This document shows positions 41,663-51,771 of a stretch of DNA of 64,000 bases, piece by piece (position 1 is the stretch's first letter; each line of letters begins with the position of its first letter). Source of the stretch: Adineta vaga. Its lineage: Eukaryota; Animalia; Rotifera. Made by a program: the position numbers and the translations under genes. The stretch spans positions 3,906,001-3,970,000 of the forward strand of contig CP075497.1 in the NCBI GenBank assembly GCA_021613535.1, in the 5' to 3' direction. Below the pieces are notes generated by a model, which was given only the letters and a program-made list of their open reading frames with translations, searched no databases and was not told the DNA's origin.

Positions 41663-41978
41663 TAGAATAAAAAACGGACTAGGTCCTACCGCATGATCAG
41701 TTTCTGTTTCACTATATGATGTGAAGAAGATGTCATGTTCGGCAGAGAATCAATAAGACGCCATGAAGTACATATGTATTTACGTTAGATCTTTTTCTGC
41801 AATATCAATAACATTCTCAGTAGACTTTCTACGTTTTTCTGCATGATCATCATTTTTGGTTATTGATTATTAGAGTTATAATAAACGTAACGTTTTCCAT
41901 ATCATTCTATTTTATTGGAAAATATTCTCGATTACAAAAACAAAAATTCATTAAATCAAGAAACGAAAAAAACCGAAC

Positions 41979-42762
41979 TTATTTTCTACGTTTTCGTTGA
42001 TTTTTTTTCTCTGATGAGACGACAGAAATTGTGCTTGCTCCTAATTCTTCATCGATATTTAGTTTCTTTAATTCTTGTTCACCACTAAGATGAAGCATGA
42101 TGTCGTTTAATTGCTCTTGCATATCGTTAATTTTCTAGAGAATAAAAATTGTGAGAGTCAAAACCTTATTTCCTTATGAAAAGACTCACTTTATCTCTTT
42201 GTTCCAAATGTTTACGCAAATCTGCTTGATTTTGTCGTAGCTGTTGGTTAAGACACTTTTCGTCAGCAATTTCACCTTCCATACGAATAATTCTTTCTTG
42301 TAATTTTTGATTGCATAATTTTGTCGACATTAAATCGTTATTTAATTGATCAATCTTTTGCTGATATTCATTTTCTTTTTGCTTGAAATCATGACGCATT
42401 TGACCAATTTCTTCTTCTTTTTCATACAGCTGCTTTGTTAGAAATTCTACATGATTTTTTAATATTTCATTTTGAATTTTGAATTCACTTATTTTGCCTT
42501 CTAAGCATTGATATTTGTAGTCATTTTCTTCAGCTTGATTATCATCAATTGTTTTAATACATTTAGTGGAATTTTTATTGACATACAGAGTTGTTGAGTT
42601 CGTATCATTGCTACTCGTCGATAAAATCGGATCGGCGCATGTACGATCTAATATATTGTAAATTTTGTTGTCATTTAAGTCTTTCGATAAAAAGTGATTT
42701 GTAAGAATATAATGGCTAAAATAAGTATTGTTTATTATAATAACAGAAAACAATGGATTCAT
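41979..42762 (-). CDS. Coiled-coil protein resembling the C-terminal region of BRAP/IMP; 5' end uncertain
   Basis: DEKCLNQQLRQNQ..EQRDK|KINDMQEQLNDIMLHL..KKNQRKRRK* (intron ~42189-42135) resembles the BRAP C-terminal EMNKCLRANQ..ITEIQEQLRDVMFYL plus basic tail, as recalled from memory. Confidence 0.5.
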
Positions 42763-43311
42763 ACGAGTAAATATGATCTAATTGAAAGTGATTACAGTAA
42801 ATTGAGTTGCATGATATACATTGGTACAGATTCTAAAGATACATATTCTGCTTCACCGCACCGACTGAAGAAAGATAGTACATACTAAGAGTGAATTACA
42901 TTGAATACACGTTTTGTAGACTTTTTCCGAAGACATTTATTACATTTTCCTTTCAATGTACAGTGTATTTATATAGCGAAAAATAAAGAAAGGAAACAAT
43001 GAAATTGACTGGACAACGAAAAATAAAGAGAAACACAAGAAACAAATCAGACGAAGTAAGTGGACGGTTATAGTGAATCATTTGTATTTGTTTTTAACGG
43101 AAGACTATGTTCTTATAAAGAAAAGCGACGCATCGATCCTCGTGTTCTGCATTATGTTCGACGGATAACTTGTTTTCTTTCGCTCTCGAAAAGGAAAAAC
43201 AAAGCAATATGGCGAGATTTATGTCTGAACAATGTTTTTGAACTAATCTTTTTTTAATTTGCGACACTTTAACTGAATCTTAGTCTAATGAAAATGTTAG
43301 CGAAACAAATA

Positions 43312-43433
43312 CCCATCTCCACCAATCCCATAATCGGACCCGATCGGATCCAACATAGTATCCTATATATTTTCCAACAAATAGATTTTGACGGAATTCA
43401 ATGGATTTCCGTTGTCGGATTCGTGAACCTGGA
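43312..43433. mobile_element. Degenerate MITE-like element with TA flanks
   Basis: Left end tacccatctccaccaatcccataa vs reverse complement of right end tatccaggttcacgaatccgacaa (~17/24 match including the TA). Internal palindromic ccgatcgg core; locally GC-richer than the flanks. Confidence 0.4.
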
Positions 43434-44997
43434 TATTTCATTCGAATGGTATTATCATTGATCAAATACATCTCTTTTTTCAAACAAAGCAATCTTATTC
43501 ATATTACAATGGTTTATTGTAAAATAATTTTGATTTGAATTATGAATTATTCTTTGAGTGTAGTTGAAAAAACGAACAACAAAACAAAGCTTAGTTATTG
43601 AAAATAATTTCAAGTTCTTATTGAGGGTGTGTATTAATATACAAACAATCGAAATATTCTGAAGTTTTAATAAACGAAGATTACAAAATGTAATGATTAT
43701 GTATCTTCAGTCCCTCTTTATTTGTATAAAGATCAAAATAAAATTCATAAACCTGGCATGTTAACGCTGATCTAGAAAAAAAGGAGGAAGATGGAGGATT
43801 TAATGAAAAAGTTTCTGGAAGATGTGCTGCAAAATCGGAGGATAGATGAAGGAGTTTCTTTTTAATATTGAAAATGACTTGTGTAGCGATTTTCGCATAC
43901 GGATATTCGCTTAGGTGGAGGTTTAATAAGAAACTTATCACAATTTTACAGTGCCTATTCATATCTTTCAAACTAAAATAATGAAAATCAATTACCTCGA
44001 TGTAAAACAAAAATCAAAATTGAAACATCTAACGGATCATAAAAATAATCTTATCTAACTGATTGATAACAATGAGAATTCTTTCTTAAAACACTTGATC
44101 ATCTTCATTTTTTGACTGTTCCGAAACTAATATTTTCTTTCTTAATTGTTCATGTTCAGCACGAACTCGTTTTTCTTGAATTATAGATATACATTCGCCA
44201 TAATTTTTGTCATTTCTTTATCAGTAGAGTTTCTTTTTTCAGTTGCATTTTTGTTTAATGCATAGTCAACTTGAACATCAGTAAAATCACCTGCTTCAAT
44301 GAATTTTCTAATGAATGATTTTCATCTTCAAGTGACATTTGAGCTGCTTTTTGCACTGATTGAAGCTTTTCATATATCAATATCTTAAGGGCGTGGGTGC
44401 ACGGTTTTTGTCTCCCGATGATCCCCCTCGAAAATAACGTCATTCGATAGAGAATTAAATTCTGTATACAAAACAACCTTTTCGGAGACCAGCACAAGTT
44501 TACTGGCAAATCCGGACAAAAAACAATCGAATACAGTGCTAACTTTACCTACGTATGGCGTCTTTCATATTGATATCTGATTGGTAACAGATGACAAAGA
44601 GAAAAGAATTTTCTATTTTTCAAAATAATACTGATGAATATATTCAAAAAAGAAAGTTAAAAAGCTAATTGGTTTTTCTTAAAAGAATGCTTTTGCATTC
44701 ACCGTTAAAAACTGTATTCGCCATCGAACCATTTTGCTTTATCCACTAGTAATGTAACACACCAGATATTAACCTCTTGATAATAGGGGTGAGAATGAAG
44801 ATATACGCGTAAACGGGCAATACCTACACTCACATCCTCAAGATGAGTTATAATAAATCAACTGAATACTATTGTATCATTTCAAGAGAAAATAAGTAGC
44901 TCTCATTCATACCATTAAGTGTTAGTTTTCTTAGAAAGAGTGCAAATATTTAGTTCGATTAAAATTGTTTGTTAAGTATTTATAAAGAAAACTTCTC

Positions 44998-45470
44998 TGA
45001 TATAAAATCAATTCTATGATTAGTCATCTAATTGAATGGAAAATATATTTCTTTTCAAAATTAATAATTAGTATTCAATACATGTAATTCATTGTCAGTT
45101 GAACTTTCATTCGTTGTACTCATTCGTTTAGTAAATTCTTTTACATTAATCAAATCACGATTAATATATACTTTCGAAGCTCTTCGATCCTGCATTGTTG
45201 ATGTTAAATCATTTGCAGCTAGAACTTGTTCTTCAATAGGTTCAATCATTTTAAAATTAGGCTTTACTGTTAAATTTCGATGAAATAATAAGTGATTTAA
45301 ACCAGTTTGAGGTGTAGTTGTTGTATTTCTTGGAATATTTGTTGTATCAATTGCCGCAGTTCCATTTGTTTTATTGCCAAATACAATCATATAGGGTCGA
45401 CTACGAATCAAACGTTGACCAACACGATTAACAAGACTTTTTTGTCTAGCAGTTTGAACTCCATAGATGA
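44998..45470. repeat. Copy B of the 473-bp direct duplication
   Basis: Matches 41180-41652. Confidence 0.95.
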
Positions 45471-46149
45471 TAATCATCATTATAAGAATAATTACACATT
45501 GTGATAGAATAAAAAAAGAACTAGGTCCTACAGCACGATGAACTTCTGTTTCACTATCATTTGAAGATGTTATGTTCGAGAGAGAATCAATAGTACGACA
45601 GAAAAAGATTTCTCTGAGGATTGTCGACGATGTCAGATTCAATAAAAGATATAAGCATATATTATGTGGTAATGGTTTCATAGTTGAATAATGAACGATA
45701 AATGATGAGTTATCAATACAAATATTCGTTAAAGATGCTAATAATTCATTATGTACTATATCTGTTATAAATACAGTATTATTCAGAATAGAATTATTTA
45801 ATATTATATATGGAATAGTAAAAATAATTTGAATAGTATTGAGTACAGATGAATGATCATTCTGTTCTTGATCATCTGCTGATGCTTGTTGTTGTTGCCA
45901 AGAAGATTTAAAATGGATAATATCATTTGCAAGAATCGTTGTCGAAGTATTATCGTCATGTTTATCTGGATGTGAATCAGATCCATTTGATAATGTATCA
46001 ATATTAATCGATTCCATGGAACATATATTTACCGAAAGATGTTGATTATTCGTGATTTCATTAATTCTTTGTTGTCTATTTATTGTTATTGATAAAGATA
46101 AACTTAGCTTGATTAATAGAAAGCAAATAAAAATCCAAATGTGCGTCAT
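45061..46149 (-). CDS. Intronless type-I single-pass membrane protein of unknown family (362 aa)
   Basis: Signal peptide MTHIWIFICFLLIKLSLS, many NxS/T sequons, HNICLYLL..FFC, TM FFILSQCVIILIMMIIIYGV followed by basic residues. Confidence 0.8.
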   Translation of the reverse strand: MTHIWIFICFLLIKLSLSLSITINRQQRINEITNNQHLSVNICSMESINIDTLSNGSDSHPDKHDDNTSTTILANDIIHFKSSWQQQQASADDQEQNDHSSVLNTIQIIFTIPYIILNNSILNNTVFITDIVHNELLASLTNICIDNSSFIVHYSTMKPLPHNICLYLLLNLTSSTILREIFFCRTIDSLSNITSSNDSETEVHRAVGPSSFFILSQCVIILIMMIIIYGVQTARQKSLVNRVGQRLIRSRPYMIVFGNKTNGTAAIDTTNIPRNTTTTPQTGLNHLLFHRNLTVKPNFKMIEPIEEQVLAANDLTSTMQDRRASKVYINRDLINVKEFTKRMSTTNESSTDNELHVLNTNY

Positions 46150-46722
46150 TCACTTGATCGAATGATCAATATAGAATGTTTCATCTTGATATTATATACA
46201 TTCATCATCAAACCTTTTTCACAGACTTTTCTACCTTAATTACATTTTCCCCTTTATGTCCGTCCTGACATTTGTTATTGTATGTTTTTTTTCTTCTTCT
46301 TCGTCTCTTTCTCTCTCCCTCCTATTCGATCGAACTCTATATTTGAAGACATAAACTAAACTGTAGTTTTTACCTGACCATTAATCAAAAAACTATGTTG
46401 TCTCTTTTTTTTCGTAAAGATCATTAAGAAAACTAATCCGACCAATTTTATTTTGCTATTTTTTATACTCAATTATAAGATGATTGAGTAGATTTCTTGT
46501 CGATTCTCTAATGCTATTCGAGGCATCAGCTGCATGACAATGACGAAAGGGAGGAAAAGAGAAGAAAAAAAAATTCTATTAGTTCCATTACTAGCAAGAA
46601 CGAAAAACAAAAATTATTTTTTTCTATCAGTTCTCGATGTGCATATATATCATATTTTTCTAAACAGTTCTCTTTCGTATTGATTTGATCAGACTTTCCA
46701 GTGTCATATTTCTTTTCATAAA

Positions 46723-47889
46723 ATGATTTCGTTAACTATTTGGTTTTGTTTATGGTCAAGTTTTGTTGTTGTTGCACCACCAACATTGCATATTAATCAA
46801 ACTTATTCTCTAGAGAAAATTACCAATTTATCAAATCATAGTACAAAAATCCTTATCAGACAACAAAAACTGAATACGAATCAAACGATGACAACTTTGA
46901 TGAATCTTCATCTATTTGATATTACTACTTATCGAAGTTCATGGAAATTTGTGGATAAAAATACTATTCGTGTTCGTTTTCGACTACATGAAGTCTTGTT
47001 ATCCACGGTTACCGTAACACGTTTTCTTGTTCGTCATATTCATTCTGGTCACATTCAAATCTATGAAAAACCACATGAATTAATCAATTCAACATTTACA
47101 CTCTATTTACATAGTATTAAACATGGTCGACATACTGTTTGTTTGTTACTTCATACATTGAAATTTGTCAAAACTCCGAAATATACTTTTTGTCAAGATA
47201 TTATTTTTAATTTTCAAAAATATGGTCATCATGACATTGATTCCGATGAATATGGAAATACATTTGTTTTTCTTCTAACACAATATTCTATTGTGATTGG
47301 AATTCTATGTCTTTTACAATTAGTTCATGCTGGTCGAAAACGTCGATTTCTAAAGACTGTTTATAATAAGGCCAATGCTTTACGAAATGTAATGATGGAA
47401 TATCATCGTCGTTTACCAGATACAAAATTATCGACAGATACTGAAAATACTCGAACGAATGCATTGGAATGTTTGATTTATAATTTAAATCGTAATGCTC
47501 TGTACAATTTTGATCAAATATATATGCCAACAATGACTGAAGAAGATGATGAGAATACGATAAATGATAGTTTACCTTCGATTAATCATCCGCGAACACG
47601 ATATGAAAAACATTTAACATTACCAAATCGTTTTGATGGACATTCAAGATCATCTTTACATCGTCGATCAGTAATAAATACAACGAAAAATGTCGATTTT
47701 GATAATGAAAATTCTGATGAAAGTGATTCAGATACACGATCTTATGCTCAACAGTCAACTAGTTTAAAATCATTATCACATATTCTCGAAGCGAATAAAC
47801 CATGGACAGCACGTTTAACTGATGATGGTAGAATAAAACATTCAGTATTACCTTTGCAGGAAAGTACTCGACTACAGACAAATATATGA
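46723..47889 (+). CDS. Intronless type-I single-pass membrane protein of unknown family (388 aa)
   Basis: Signal peptide MISLTIWFCLWSSFVVVA, HTVCLLL..TFC, TM FVFLLTQYSIVIGILCLLQLVHAG-RKRR, and SLSHILEANKPW near the C-terminus. Confidence 0.8.
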   Translation: MISLTIWFCLWSSFVVVAPPTLHINQTYSLEKITNLSNHSTKILIRQQKLNTNQTMTTLMNLHLFDITTYRSSWKFVDKNTIRVRFRLHEVLLSTVTVTRFLVRHIHSGHIQIYEKPHELINSTFTLYLHSIKHGRHTVCLLLHTLKFVKTPKYTFCQDIIFNFQKYGHHDIDSDEYGNTFVFLLTQYSIVIGILCLLQLVHAGRKRRFLKTVYNKANALRNVMMEYHRRLPDTKLSTDTENTRTNALECLIYNLNRNALYNFDQIYMPTMTEEDDENTINDSLPSINHPRTRYEKHLTLPNRFDGHSRSSLHRRSVINTTKNVDFDNENSDESDSDTRSYAQQSTSLKSLSHILEANKPWTARLTDDGRIKHSVLPLQESTRLQTNI

Positions 47890-48052
47890 AATTTAATAGA
47901 TGTCGCTATTATATTGAATATAACGAAAGTTTTTTGTATTAACCAATGAAATAAAAGAAGTTGTTTAGTATTTTTTTATTCGTTCGGAATAGAGACTGAA
48001 TTATATAGGTGCAATTTACAACTTCAATTCTATCTGTTTTTTTTTATAGAAA

Positions 48053-49050
48053 ATGAATCAATTAGAAGGTCGAAAATTGAAAATCTCAGTCGTTACACCA
48101 AGTCATAATCGATTGGAGTATTTAAAAGAAGCTGTTGTATCTGTTCAAGCTAATGTACTTGCACCACTTGATATTGAATTCGAACATATTATTCATGATT
48201 GTGGATCAACAGATGGAACCAAAGAATATTTTATTTCAAATTTATCACCGACGAAAATCTTCTATATCAAAGATCAAGGTGATAATAAAGAATCAACTAA
48301 AGATCGTCAATGGATTCAAGCAACAGAAGATTTACGTAAAAATGGCAAAGGTGAATTAGCTGATAATATAACATTTATTCGATCAGAACATAAAGTTCCG
48401 CCAAGTCAAGCACGAAATATTTGTATTCAAAAAGCAAGTGGACAATTTATTTGTGTATTGGTAGGTTCGAATTTTCACGGGCGATGTTTGTTTTCAATGT
48501 AGAATATGTTTTGTAGGATGATGATGATGTGTTTCTTCAACGTACTCTTCATAATTTTGCTTCTGCAATACTTTTAAATCCAACAAAGAAATTCTATACT
48601 TCGGATTTTCTACGTGTAAACGAACATTTACAATATATGCCAAAAGAAGATTATTATGGATGGATTTATTCATCACCACAAGAAATGTTACAAGCTATTT
48701 TCGATAGTTGTCATTTTATTCAAGGTATGAGAAGGAAAAGTTCATTTAATTGTGAGCCTTTTTTGTTTTGTTTAGGTAATGTTTGTTTTAGTAAAAAACT
48801 TTATGATGAAGTGGGTGGATATGATGAATCAGTTGGCATGGCTGAAGATCTCGATCTTTACGTACGTTTTCTTATTCATGGTCATCTGAATGTGTATTTA
48901 CCAATGATTTCACATTTACATCGTATGCATACAGCGAATTTTTCAATTGGATGTGATCAAAGTAAACATCATTCTGATTTAACTGATATTTATCGACGAA
49001 ATGAAAATAAACTCAAAATGATGGGTATACAATTACGACTAAGTCAATGA
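48053..49050 (+). CDS. Family 2 glycosyltransferase (GT-A fold), bacterial-like, 2 introns
   Basis: ISVVTPSHNR..L.EAV.SV..N, IIHDCGSTDGT, ARN..ASGQFICVL|DDDD and VGGYDE..AEDLDLYVR. Introns 48461-48516 and 48725-48775. Confidence 0.85.
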
Positions 49051-49186
49051 TTTTATGATTTGTTTTTTGGAAATACATCTATCTAGTCATTTTTTTTTAT
49101 TCAAGCAATAGTATTTTGATAGATGACGGTGAAATTATTCTATTTTTCAGATTGATATTAAACATTGTGAAGAAATTTAAATCATC

Positions 49187-51683
49187 ATGACGAAAATGCA
49201 GAAAAAAGTAAGTGGAAACCGTAACTTCGAACATTCCTAACTTTGTACAATTGTGTTTTAGTACAAAAAAGGTGCAGCTGTGAATTTCATCAGTCGTAAT
49301 CAAGCGTTACGCAAATTACAATTAACTTTAGCCGATTTTCGGTAAGAAAAGTTTTATTTAGCATTCCAATTTAATGATCTTCTTTTGCTTTTAGACGATT
49401 ATGTATTCTTAAAGGTATATATCCAGTCGAACCAAAGAATCGCCGCAAAGCAAATCGTGGTCGTCTTGCAAATAAAACATATTATTTAGCAAAAGATATA
49501 CGTTTTCTAACACATGAACCTATTATCGATAAATTTCGTAATATGAAAGTAAGGGAAAATATTTATCGAATGCGAGATATTGATCGTTCTATTCTTTAGA
49601 CATATCTTCGACGATTGACCAAAGCAAAAGCACGAAATGAAAAAACACGAGAAGAAACTTTACGTAATAATCGTCCTTTCTATAAATTAGATCATGTTGT
49701 GCGTGAACGGTAAGAAGAATTAAGAATAAAACAACGTCATTTGGATGATTTCTTCTAGATATCCATCATTTGCCGATGCTCTACGAGATTTAGATGATTG
49801 TTTAACACTTATATTTCTCTTTTCGAATTTTCCATTATTGAAAAAACTTTATGAACCACGTCTTCGTTTATGTCGTCGTTTATCTGTTGAATTTCTTCAC
49901 TATGTTATTACGAGTGGATCATTAAAGAAATGTTTCATATCCGTCAAAGGTTATTATTTTCAAGTAGAAATTCGAGGTGAAATCATTACATGGATTATTC
50001 CTCATAAACTTGGCCATAAAGTATACGATTTAGTTTATATGTCTGATTTTTTGTAATCATGTTGTTTTCATCTAGCAACCAGCTGATGTTGATTTTAAAA
50101 TCATGGCAACATTTCTGGAATTTTACACCACTCTTCTTGGTTTTGTTAACTTCAGATTATATTCCGATCTTGGTTTAGTTTATCCACCTAAAGTAAACAA
50201 AACGTTTATCTTTCTGATCAGAACTATTCATTATTTCATTTATAGTTAAACTTTGCTGCAACAACATCATTATCAACACTTTGTTCGGAAGATGAATTTT
50301 CTGATGAAGTTAGTTTCATTTCACATTGATTAGCTATTAAAAATCATGATTTTTCTTTCAAATAGTTTCTTGCTTCACTCGGTTTACCAATAATGAAAAA
50401 ACCAGATTCGAATCCTGTTGATCAAGTTGAAGTTGATCAAGAAGCTGCTCAACTGGTTTGTTGACATATTGTTTACTTATTTCCAGAAGAAAATTGCTTT
50501 TCTGTATGTTTTAGTTGGGTAATACCGAAGCTGATGAAGAAAATCGTCGAAAAGAAGAAGAATCAAAAAAATTACAAAAATTATTTTCGAAATGCAAGTT
50601 TTTCATCGGTCGAGAAGTTCCACGAGAAATGTTTGCCTTCGTTATTCGGTATATTCTTCTTCTTCTTCATATCAAATAACCATACAGTTGAAATTATTTT
50701 TCTTAGTGCATGCGGTGGAAATGTTTCATGGGATAAAACAATGTGTCCTGGTGCAAGTTATGATGTATCTGATGAAACTATTACTCATCAATTAGTTGAT
50801 CGACCAAAACTACATGATATGGTTGTCAATCGGTATGTTTTTATTGAGAAGAAAAATGAGGACAAGATTTGATGATTTCATAGAGTTTATGTTCAACCAC
50901 AATGGATATTTGATTCGATAAATGCACGGGAATTATTACCAGTGGATAAATATCTGCCAGGTAATTTTAGATACACTATTTTTATCATTATTTTACGTTT
51001 CTTTTGATCTATAGGTAGTGTATTACCACCACATCTTTCACCATTTGTTGAAGAAAAAGAAGGTGATTATGTTCCACCAGAACGATTTGGTCAGCGTCAA
51101 GCTGAAGAAGATATTGAGGAAGAAACAATCAAAGAAGGTATAATATAAATTAGATATAAGTAAATCACTATATAAGCAATGTTTACTGTAGTTCCGTCGA
51201 TCAATCTTGTTGAAAATAATGCTTATCTGAACGGTAATCTCAAACGAAAACGTCCAGAAACAGAAGAAACAACGGTGAAACCTAGCACAAAAGAAGAACG
51301 AGTAAGCATTCAAAGTCAGAATATAGAATTCGTTCGAATATATGTTCTAATTTAGAAACGAGCAATGCGTGTTGAATCTGGTCAAGTACAAAATGTTAAT
51401 GTTTCAAATATTGTGAAGCGTAAAGCCGATGAAGAAAAACGTTTACGTGAAATGACTATTCCGAAGAAACAAAAACGTCTCTATGACAAGATCAAATTTT
51501 CACAAAAGAAGAAACGACAAGAGGTGAGTTCGATTATTTTTTTCTTAGAAAAAATAAGATTCACGTTTATTTAAATATAAAAATATTTAGGTGGAAAAAT
51601 TGAAACGTAAACGTGCTGATCATGATAAGAATACTAAACAAAATTCAAGCAATGATAAGAAAAAACAAATGAAATTGTCATGA
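49187..51683 (+). CDS. PES1: Pescadillo homolog (PES1/Nop7)
   Basis: [70 protein letters not shown] region [21 protein letters not shown] and LPPHLSPF. Confidence 0.95.
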
Positions 51684-51771
51684 TTTTAACGATTAATTGA
51701 TTATTTCTGTTTTTCTACCATTGTTATTTGTTTTGTGGTCAAAGATACAATAAAAATAAACATTAAAGAAA

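Noticed and set aside
43681-44560. Possible coiled-coil exons on the minus strand
   Set aside because: Fragments contain stops and cannot be joined into a consistent model; at most a decayed gene remnant.
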